Origin: Bacteroidales bacterium
Lineage (GTDB): Bacteria; Bacteroidota; Bacteroidia; Bacteroidales; JAADJA01
Length of the DNA: 64,000 nt
Reading direction: 5' to 3'
Assembly: GCA_026984135.1 (NCBI GenBank)
Contig: JALSSR010000282.1
Coordinates: forward strand, 1,930-65,929
Each line of letters opens with the position of its first letter. The stretch's first letter is position 1. Position numbers and translations under genes: made by a program. Of the stretch, positions 56,822 to 64,000 are shown one piece after another. Below the pieces are notes generated by a model. It was not told the DNA's origin. It saw nothing but the letters and a program-made list of their open reading frames with translations, and searched no databases.

Positions 56822-57070
56822 ATGAAAGAACAGGATATTATAAAAATAGTTAACGATTTTTTAATTGACGAATTTGAGCTTGAGCCGGAGCAGATTAAAG
56901 ATGATACATTACTCAGGGATGAACTGGAATTGGAAAGTCTTGACCTCGTTGATATTATTGTTCTCATAGAAAGGGAGTTCGGATTTAAGGTTGAACCTAC
57001 TGAAATAGTTAAAGTTAATACCGTCAGGGAACTCTACGACTTTATAACGGAAAGAGTTAATAAATCATAA
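56822..57070 (+). CDS. acyl carrier protein
   Basis: 82 aa, acidic. LELESLDLVDII contains the phosphopantetheine-attachment Ser in a DSL-like context. Confidence 0.85.
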   Translation: MKEQDIIKIVNDFLIDEFELEPEQIKDDTLLRDELELESLDLVDIIVLIEREFGFKVEPTEIVKVNTVRELYDFITERVNKS

Positions 57071-57071
57071 T

Positions 57072-57971
57072 ATGCCGCAATGGACAGGTAAAACCAGAGG
57101 TGGAATTGCCGGTTATAAATCGTTTGTTTTCATACTGAAATATTTCGGTATCTCCTCCGCATATTTTTTCCTTCGGTTTGTTGTTTTATACTTTTTGATT
57201 TTTGCACCGAAGGCTTTCAAAGCATCCTATTATTTTCTTAATAAACGACTTCATTTTTCGCCTTTTAAATCTTTTCGGTATGTAAGCAAAACATTCTATA
57301 AACTTGGGCAGGTACTTATTGATAAGGTTGCTTTTCTTTCGGGATTAAATAAAAACTATACTTTTGATTTTGACGGTGAAGAGCATCTGCGACAATTGGC
57401 TGATGAAACCGGAGGTGTATTGATAGGAGTTCATGCAGGTAGCTGGGAAATAGCAGGTCATCTGCTGAAACGTCTCAATACAAAGATCAATATCGTAATG
57501 TTTGCCGATGAGCACGAAAGAATAGAAGGTTTTCTAACGCAAATGTATAAAGATAAAAATGTTAATTTTATTCTTATCGGAAAGAATGATTATTCTCACC
57601 TGTTTCAAATTGCCGAAGCATTGAAGAATAGGGAGATGATTGCAATTCATGGCGACAGGTTTTTGCCGGGTACCAATACTCTATCCAAAGAATTTTTTGG
57701 AAAAAATGCTTTGTTTCCTGCCGGGCCGTTCCTTATCCCTTTGAAATATAATGTTCCGGTGAGTTTTGTTATGGCTATGAAAGAAACATCGAAGCACTAT
57801 CATTTTTATGCCACACCTCCAAAAAAATTCCAATCTCCCAAAAATCCGGACGACAGAAACCGGCTTGTTAATATTATGTTGGAAGAGTATATTGAAAATC
57901 TGGAAAATATTTTAATGAAATATCCCGACCAATGGTTTAATTTTTACGACTTTTGGGGTGATATTAAATGA
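57072..57971 (+). CDS. LpxL/HtrB-family (lipid A biosynthesis-type) acyltransferase
   Basis: 299 aa. N-terminal TM helix. GVHAGSWEIAG corresponds to the HxGNWE catalytic block. It starts 1 nt after the ACP stop. Confidence 0.75.
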   Translation: MPQWTGKTRGGIAGYKSFVFILKYFGISSAYFFLRFVVLYFLIFAPKAFKASYYFLNKRLHFSPFKSFRYVSKTFYKLGQVLIDKVAFLSGLNKNYTFDFDGEEHLRQLADETGGVLIGVHAGSWEIAGHLLKRLNTKINIVMFADEHERIEGFLTQMYKDKNVNFILIGKNDYSHLFQIAEALKNREMIAIHGDRFLPGTNTLSKEFFGKNALFPAGPFLIPLKYNVPVSFVMAMKETSKHYHFYATPPKKFQSPKNPDDRNRLVNIMLEEYIENLENILMKYPDQWFNFYDFWGDIK

Positions 57972-57989
57972 GATTAAATTTATATTTTT

Positions 57990-59066
57990 ATGTCGAACTC
58001 CTATGGAAATGATAAAAAGCGTGCTGTTGATGCAAAAACCGATGCCCAAAAAATAGCTTTTGCCCCTTTGATGTTTCAGGCTGCCAAAGCTTTGAGAGAC
58101 TTCGGTATCCTGAAATTGCTCTTACGGGAAAAGAAGGGTCTAACATCCGAACAAATTGCCTCAAATGTGAATATTTCCAGATACGGTGCAACGGTTTTGC
58201 TTGAAGCGGGTCTCAGTTTGGAACTTGTATATTTGAAAGAGGGTAAATTTAAACTGACAAAAACAGGTTTCTTTTTGGAACGGGATGCTATGACAAAAGC
58301 CAATATGAATTTTGCCAACGATATTAATTATAAGGGCGCATTTTATCTTCAGGAGTCTATCAGGGAGGGAAAACCGGTTGGTTTGCACAATGTTTTCGGA
58401 AATTGGAATACCGTGTATGAAGCACTATCCGAACTACCTGATGATGCACGGAAAAGCTGGTTTGAGTTTGACCATTTTTATTCCGATTTTGCTTTCGACG
58501 AGATACTGAAAATAATCTTTAAATCGAAGCCGGAAAAAATTGTTGACCTTGGCGGAAATACGGGAAAATTTGCTATTGCCTGTGCCTCATATTCTCCAAA
58601 GGCTTCAATTACAATTATGGATTTACCCGGACAACTTGAAAATGCAAAAGAGAATGTTTCCGAATATGGGTTTAAGGATAGAATTAATTTTTATCCCATA
58701 AACTTTTTAGATGATGACAAACCTTTCCCGAAGGGTTTCGATGTGTTTTGGATGAGTCAGTTTCTGGATTGTTTCTCTGAAAATGAAATAGTTAGTATTT
58801 TGCGACGAGCAAAAAATGCAATGAAAGATACTTCTGAATTATTCATTCTCGAGACTTTTTGGGATGAACAAAAATTTGAAGCAACAACATACAGTTTGCA
58901 CGCAACATCATTGTATTTCACTTGTATGGCAAACGGTAACAGCAGGATGTACCATTCCGGCGATATGAAAAAACTTGTCGAAAATGCCGGATTATTCATT
59001 GATGCGGAGTTTAAAGATATAGGATTGGGGCATACTTTGTTACGATGTAAAAAACAGCTTAAATGA
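57990..59066 (+). CDS. class I SAM-dependent (O-)methyltransferase with N-terminal dimerisation/wHTH-like domain
   Basis: 358 aa. IVDLGGNTGKFA (motif I), TIMDLP and DVFWMSQFLDCF blocks, typical of small-molecule O-methyltransferases. Confidence 0.75.
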   Translation: MSNSYGNDKKRAVDAKTDAQKIAFAPLMFQAAKALRDFGILKLLLREKKGLTSEQIASNVNISRYGATVLLEAGLSLELVYLKEGKFKLTKTGFFLERDAMTKANMNFANDINYKGAFYLQESIREGKPVGLHNVFGNWNTVYEALSELPDDARKSWFEFDHFYSDFAFDEILKIIFKSKPEKIVDLGGNTGKFAIACASYSPKASITIMDLPGQLENAKENVSEYGFKDRINFYPINFLDDDKPFPKGFDVFWMSQFLDCFSENEIVSILRRAKNAMKDTSELFILETFWDEQKFEATTYSLHATSLYFTCMANGNSRMYHSGDMKKLVENAGLFIDAEFKDIGLGHTLLRCKKQLK

Positions 59067-59473
59067 CTGCACTTAATATACAAGAATTGATTCCGCAACG
59101 TCCCCCGTTTGTAATGGTGGAAAAACTTGTTAATGCCGGTGAGAAAACGGCGGAATCGTCATTCACGGTAACGGAAGAAAATGTTTTGACCGAAGCGGGA
59201 GTATTTACCGAAGCGGGTATCATTGAGAATATTGCTCAAACCTGTGCCCTTCAGGCCGGTTTCGTTGCATTAAACAGAGGCGTGGAAATTCCGCAGGGAA
59301 TGATTGGTGGTATTAAAAATCTGGAAATAGATTTGTTACCTGAAATTAACGATACCATAACTACATCTGTTTCAGTAGAACACGAAGTTATGAACGCCAA
59401 AATAGTAAAAGGAACCGTTTTTCTGAACGGAGAAAAAATTGCTGCTTGTGAAATGAAAGTCTTTTTGTTTTAA
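59063..59473 (+). CDS. hotdog-fold 3-hydroxyacyl-ACP dehydratase (FabZ/ApeI-like)
   Basis: 136 aa. LIPQRPPFVMVEKL N-terminus, like FabA/FabZ LPHRxPFLLVD. 4-nt overlap with the methyltransferase gene. Confidence 0.7.
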   Translation: MTALNIQELIPQRPPFVMVEKLVNAGEKTAESSFTVTEENVLTEAGVFTEAGIIENIAQTCALQAGFVALNRGVEIPQGMIGGIKNLEIDLLPEINDTITTSVSVEHEVMNAKIVKGTVFLNGEKIAACEMKVFLF

Positions 59474-59492
59474 CTTTGTAAAAAATGCCTTA

Positions 59493-59945
59493 ATGAAAAG
59501 GAAAAGATTAGCCGGTTTTGAAAGTAAGACCGATTTAATAAACCGAACAAATATAAAAGTTCGTTTTAGTGAAGTGGACTCTTTACGGATTGTGTGGCAC
59601 GGAAATTATATAAAGTATTTTGAGGACGGACGCGAAGCCTTCGGAAAGCAATACGGACTCGGTTATCTTGATTTTTATGAGCAAAAGTTGGTTACGCCCG
59701 TTGTGGATATTGCCGTTCATTATAAAAGTCAATTGGTTTATGGTGATGAAATAGTTGTTGAAACGGAGTTCGTTAACAGTGAAGCTGCAAAAATAATATT
59801 TGAGTACAGAATAATCAGAAAAAGTGATATGTCAGTTATTGCAACCGGAAGAAGCGTTCAGGTGTTTTTAAGCACTGACGGTGAATTAATCCTGACAAAT
59901 CCGGATTTTTTTGTTGATTGGAAAAAAAAGCAGGGTTTGGTTTAA
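59493..59945 (+). CDS. acyl-CoA/ACP thioesterase, 4HBT (YbgC-like) hotdog family
   Basis: 150 aa. VRFSEVDSLRIVWHGNYIKYFEDGREAF matches the YbgC/4HBT N-terminal catalytic block. Confidence 0.8.
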   Translation: MKRKRLAGFESKTDLINRTNIKVRFSEVDSLRIVWHGNYIKYFEDGREAFGKQYGLGYLDFYEQKLVTPVVDIAVHYKSQLVYGDEIVVETEFVNSEAAKIIFEYRIIRKSDMSVIATGRSVQVFLSTDGELILTNPDFFVDWKKKQGLV

Positions 59946-59965
59946 ATTAATATTAAAAATTTGTA

Positions 59966-59973
59966 TATATTTG
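59966..59973 (+). promoter_or_regulatory. Bacteroidota -7 promoter box (TAnnTTTG)
   Basis: TATATTTG, 49 nt upstream of the ATG at 60023. Confidence 0.4.
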
Positions 59974-60022
59974 CATTGAAAGTATATTTAGTATTTTTCT
60001 ATTAATTAAAAAACCTTGAATT

Positions 60023-60595
60023 ATGAAAACTTTAAAGCTTATTATCGCCGTAGCACTTCTTTATGCTGTTTCGGCTTCAGCAGTATTTGCTAAAGGATTT
60101 CAACCCCCGTCAGAAGGAAAAGCAGTCATCTATTTTGTGCGTGTCACTGGCTGGGGAGGTGCAATCTCCTTTGAGTATTTTCACGGTGATAAGTATATTG
60201 GCGTGTTCAAAGGGAAAAATTATATGAGGTATGAATGTGATCCGGGAGAACAATTGCTTTGGGCATCTTCGGAAAATAAAGAGTTTTTAACTGCCGACCT
60301 TAAAGCAGGCGGAACATATGTTGTTATTGTTGACGTAATAATGGGGGGCTGGAAAGCACATGTGGGTTTAAAACCTATAACTGCCGATGATACCGAATTG
60401 TTTGAAAGAGCTAAAAAATTAATTGAAAAAAAAGACCCGGTTGTCACACCACAGGCTAAGATTGACAAAATGAATAAAAAACTTGCCGAGTTTATTCCAA
60501 AGATGCTGAACCGGTATGAGAATGAATGGAAGAATGAACATAACTTCAGGCATATCTCCCCGGATATGGCAATTCCCGAAGATAAACTGAAATAG
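60023..60595 (+). CDS. secreted DUF2846-like protein
   Basis: 190 aa with a signal peptide. The AVIYFVR..FHGDKYIGVFKGKNYMRYECDPGEQLLWA pattern resembles DUF2846. Confidence 0.55.
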   Translation: MKTLKLIIAVALLYAVSASAVFAKGFQPPSEGKAVIYFVRVTGWGGAISFEYFHGDKYIGVFKGKNYMRYECDPGEQLLWASSENKEFLTADLKAGGTYVVIVDVIMGGWKAHVGLKPITADDTELFERAKKLIEKKDPVVTPQAKIDKMNKKLAEFIPKMLNRYENEWKNEHNFRHISPDMAIPEDKLK

Positions 60596-60607
60596 TTTTT
60601 TTTATAC

Positions 60608-60615
60608 TACTTTTG
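60608..60615 (+). promoter_or_regulatory. Bacteroidota -7 promoter box (TAnnTTTG)
   Basis: TACTTTTG, 28 nt upstream of the ATG at 60644. Confidence 0.45.
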
Positions 60616-60643
60616 CCGTCTGATAATTTGAGTTATTGGTTTT

Positions 60644-61780
60644 ATGGCAAATAGTTACATTGCAGGCGATAATGTTATATCCTCTCTCGGTTTTTCAACT
60701 GCTGAAAACTTTGGAAGTTTGCTTAAGGGTGTTTCCGGCATTAAAACCGGTAAATATGATGACCTCTACCCCGAAGAGTTTCCAGCTTCCCTGATTGACA
60801 GGGAAAGACTTGCTTCGGAATCTGAAAAACTGAAAATAAACAGCAATTTTACTCCTTTTGAACAACTACTGATAATCTCAATTAGCAAGGCTTTGAAGAG
60901 TACTGCTATTGATGTTAAATCTCCCGGAACCCTGTTGATAATATCAACAACAAAGGGAAATATTGATTTACTTAAAAACAATCCGCAGGATTTTGACAAA
61001 GAGAGAGTTAAACTTTGGAAATCGTCTCGGGAAATCGGGAAATTTTTCGGAGTGGCTAACGAACCACTTGTAATTTCAAATGCTTGTATATCAGGAGTTT
61101 TGGCTTTGAATATTGCCGACAGATTTATTAAATGGGGCAAATATAACAATGTGATTGTTGCCGGTGCGGATCTCTTGTCGGAATTTGTTGTTTCGGGGTT
61201 TCAATCCTTTTTATCACTTAGCAAAGATATCTGCAAACCCTTTGACAGCGACAGGACGGGTCTCTCCCTTGGTGACGGAGCCGCTACCGTTGTTCTGACA
61301 GAAAGTAAGGAGGAGGCTAAAAAGCCGCTGATAAAGATAGTCTCAGGCTCGGGAAGCAATGATGCAAACCATATTTCCGGACCGTCAAGAACGGGAGAAG
61401 GTCTGTATATTGTTATAAACGATATTTTAAAAGGGAAAAAAGATATTGATTTTATTTCCGCACATGGAACGGCAACACCTTACAACGACGATATGGAGTC
61501 AATGGCTATTGACCGAAACGGTTTGAATAGTGTTCCTGTTAACAGCTTCAAAGGATATATCGGACATACACTCGGCGCGGCAGGTGTTATGGAGTCGGTA
61601 TTTTGTTTTGAGTCAATGCGACAAAATGTAATAATCGGCACTTACGGATTTCAGAATCCCGGAACCGTAAAAAAAATCAATGTTGTGAAAGAGACAAAAC
61701 CTGCAGAATTAAACAGAGTTTTAAAAACGGCTTCGGGATTCGGGGGTAGCAATGCGGCTGTTTTATTTGAAAAAACGTAG
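60644..61780 (+). CDS. beta-ketoacyl synthase (second KS of the cluster, FabB/F-type triad)
   Basis: 378 aa. ISNACISGVLAL (Cys), SAHGTATPYND (His), GYIGHTLGAAG (His). This is not a FabH/DarB-type Cys-His-Asn enzyme. Confidence 0.85.
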   Translation: MANSYIAGDNVISSLGFSTAENFGSLLKGVSGIKTGKYDDLYPEEFPASLIDRERLASESEKLKINSNFTPFEQLLIISISKALKSTAIDVKSPGTLLIISTTKGNIDLLKNNPQDFDKERVKLWKSSREIGKFFGVANEPLVISNACISGVLALNIADRFIKWGKYNNVIVAGADLLSEFVVSGFQSFLSLSKDICKPFDSDRTGLSLGDGAATVVLTESKEEAKKPLIKIVSGSGSNDANHISGPSRTGEGLYIVINDILKGKKDIDFISAHGTATPYNDDMESMAIDRNGLNSVPVNSFKGYIGHTLGAAGVMESVFCFESMRQNVIIGTYGFQNPGTVKKINVVKETKPAELNRVLKTASGFGGSNAAVLFEKT

Positions 61781-61928
61781 AAGTGTATATATAACTTTAG
61801 TTGTTCTTTTTTTGTTGGGCACTTTTATTGGTTCATCTCTTAATTTCAAAATTATTAAGGCTACCTGAATTTAATCTTTCATATAATATTTATCGCAAGG
61901 CCAAGCGGCATATTATCACTATCCACCG

Positions 61929-64000
61929 TTAATGTGCCTCAAGCCAGTTATCTCCCGTATTCATATCAACGACAACCGGAACTTTCATAGGTATGGCCGT
62001 GACCATCAATTCTCTTACAAGGGGTTGCACTATGTCCAGCTCTTGTTTAAAAGTATCGAATATCAGTTCGTCGTGTACCTGAAGTATCATTTTGGTTTTC
62101 AGGTTTTTTTCCGTAAGAGCCTTATGTATGTTTATCATTGCAATCTTTATCATATCGGCCGAAGAGCCTTGTATAGGTGCGTTAATGGCATTTCGTTCGG
62201 CAAAGCCTCTTACGACGGCATTATGAGAGTTTATATCCCTGAGATAGCGTCTGCGACCCATTATTGTTTCCACATAGCCGTGTTCGCGTGCAAACTCAAT
62301 GGTTTTTTCCATATATTTTTTAACACCCGGATATTTTTCAAAATATTGATCAATGATATGTTTTGCTTCCTTTCTCGGAATATTCAGTCTTTCGCTAAGC
62401 CCGAAAGCCGAAATACCGTAAACAATGCCGAAGTTAACCGTTTTGGCATGGCGACGCATTTCTTTGGTCACTTCTTCAATTGGCAGACCGTACACCTTGG
62501 AAGCAGTGGCAGCATGAATATCCTGACCCATCCTGAAGGCTTCAATCATTCCTTGGTCACCGCTTAACTCTGCAATTATCCTTAACTCAATCTGGGAATA
62601 GTCGGCCGCAAGCAAAGTATATTTCTCATTTCGCGGAACAAAAGCTTTTCTAATCTCTCTTCCCCGTTCGGTGCGTATTGGAATATTTTGCAGGTTGGGA
62701 TTGTTTGAACTTAACCGTCCAGTAGCTGCAACGGCCTGATTATAAGAGGTATGTATTCTTCCGGTACGGGGATTGACCATATCGGGTAGCGTATCCACGT
62801 AGGTTGATTTCAGCTTTGTCAGTGAACGGTAGTCGAGTATTAGCTTTACTATTTCGTGTCTGTTTTCAAGTTTTCGCAAAACATCTTCTCCCGTGGAATA
62901 TTGCTTTGTCTTGGTGAGTTTAGGCTTGTCGGTTATCTTCAGTTTTTCAAATAAAATAACACCGAGTTGTTTCGGAGACGAAATGTTGAACTCCTCACCG
63001 GCCAGTTTATGAATTTGTTTAACAAGCTCATCAATTTCCTTTTCCAGCTGTTTTGAGTACTCTCTGAGAGTTTCAATGTCGAGTTTTACACCTTCCGCCT
63101 CCATTGAAGCAAGTACGGGAATAAGGGGGTTTTCAATTTCGTCAAAAAGTTTTCTTGTCTTTGTTTCGTCAAGCAGAGGCTCAAAAATTAGTTTCAACTG
63201 CAAGGTTATGTCGGCATCTTCCGCCGCATACTCTTTAATGGTCTCCATATCAACCGTTCTCATACTTAGTTGGTTTTTACCTTTTTTACCTATCAACTTT
63301 TCTATGGGAACGGGCTTATAATTAAGGTAGGTTTCGGCAAGCACATCCATATTGTGCCTCATATCGGGCTCAAGAAGATAGTGGGCAAGCATTGTATCGA
63401 AAAGTTTTCCTTTAACTTCGGTATCATACCATTTCAGGACGGAGATGTCGAATTTAATGTTTTGGCCGACCTTTTCAATATTTTCATTCTCAAAAGCAGG
63501 TTTAAATTCGTTCACTATTTCAAGGCAATTGTTGTAATTTTCCGGAAGAGGAACAAACCATGCTTCACCCGGTTTTACGGCAAATGACATACCCACAAGC
63601 TCGGAATTATGGGCATCAAGTCCGGTAGTTTCGGTATCGAAACAGAACGAATCCACATTTTGTAATTTTTTTATCAGATTTGTTCTTTTATCTTTTGTAT
63701 CAACAAGATAATATGTGTGTGGTGTATTGGAGATATTTTTTGTTTTTGTTTCATCGTCACGGTTTTCAAAAAGTTCAGCCTGTGTTGCATCGTCACCTTT
63801 TTTCAAAGAGAGGTCGGTAAAAATCCTTTTGGCAAAGTTCCTGAATTCCAGTTCGTCAAGTAGTTGGCGAAGAGCTTTTTCATCGGGCTCTTTTCGTAAC
63901 AGTTTTTCTTCCTCAAACTCTATGGGAACATCAAGAATAATAGTTGCAAGTTGTTTGGATTGTAATCCTTGCTGTGCAAACATTTCGATATTTTCCCTCA
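61929..64000 (-). CDS. polA: DNA polymerase I (C-terminal 3'-5' exo-like and polymerase domains; the N-terminus lies beyond the window end)
   Basis: The reading frame is open to the window edge. LLAADYSQIELRI (motif A), RRHAKTVNFGIVYGISAFGL (motif B), LQVHDELIF (motif C), and an ending ..NWLEAH. Confidence 0.93.
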   Translation of the reverse strand, partial: RENIEMFAQQGLQSKQLATIILDVPIEFEEEKLLRKEPDEKALRQLLDELEFRNFAKRIFTDLSLKKGDDATQAELFENRDDETKTKNISNTPHTYYLVDTKDKRTNLIKKLQNVDSFCFDTETTGLDAHNSELVGMSFAVKPGEAWFVPLPENYNNCLEIVNEFKPAFENENIEKVGQNIKFDISVLKWYDTEVKGKLFDTMLAHYLLEPDMRHNMDVLAETYLNYKPVPIEKLIGKKGKNQLSMRTVDMETIKEYAAEDADITLQLKLIFEPLLDETKTRKLFDEIENPLIPVLASMEAEGVKLDIETLREYSKQLEKEIDELVKQIHKLAGEEFNISSPKQLGVILFEKLKITDKPKLTKTKQYSTGEDVLRKLENRHEIVKLILDYRSLTKLKSTYVDTLPDMVNPRTGRIHTSYNQAVAATGRLSSNNPNLQNIPIRTERGREIRKAFVPRNEKYTLLAADYSQIELRIIAELSGDQGMIEAFRMGQDIHAATASKVYGLPIEEVTKEMRRHAKTVNFGIVYGISAFGLSERLNIPRKEAKHIIDQYFEKYPGVKKYMEKTIEFAREHGYVETIMGRRRYLRDINSHNAVVRGFAERNAINAPIQGSSADMIKIAMINIHKALTEKNLKTKMILQVHDELIFDTFKQELDIVQPLVRELMVTAIPMKVPVVVDMNTGDNWLEAH

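Noticed and set aside
1-64000. Search by eye for CRISPR arrays, tRNA/rRNA genes, integrases, transposases and prophage genes
   Set aside because: I found no regularly spaced direct repeats, no tRNA-like GC-rich cloverleaf segments in the intergenic regions, and no ORF with recombinase or transposase motifs. Absence by eye is not proof. tRNAscan-SE, Infernal and ISfinder-type searches would settle it.

Overview
This window is 64 kb of an AT-rich, Bacteroidota-like chromosome. The evidence for that placement is the recurrent TAnnTTTG -7 promoter boxes, a T9SS C-terminal sorting domain and flexirubin-type genes. It holds about 50 protein genes. I could not recognise any rRNA, tRNA, CRISPR array, transposase or integrase. 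Housekeeping genes (ruvC, pheS, PBP1A, cinA, topA, tdk, rsmI, polA) are interleaved with three accessory blocks. (i) 17.3-22.5 kb: a ~1330-aa T9SS cargo protein, bracketed by an inverted pair of ~65-nt hairpin repeats that abut the stop codons of the two flanking genes. (ii) 22.5-33.7 kb: an envelope-modification region. Its core is a tightly packed minus-strand operon encoding a CotH-kinase lipoprotein, a DUF4956 membrane protein, a VTC (polyphosphate-polymerase-type tunnel) protein, a GT-C-like membrane glycosyltransferase and a GtrB-like GT2. I consider this the best candidate for an uncharacterised system. (iii) 40.4-61.8 kb: an aryl-polyene/flexirubin-type cluster with an ammonia-lyase, a CoA ligase, 2 KS, ACP, KR, DH, TE, acyltransferases, methyltransferases and an MMPL exporter fused to PlsC and methyltransferase domains. 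It has no DarA/DarB in the window. Two autonomous-looking modules interrupt it: an AAA-ATPase_like/PD-(D/E)XK gene, and an MNT-HepT pair whose toxin is frameshifted. All family assignments come from motif recognition by eye, not from database searches.
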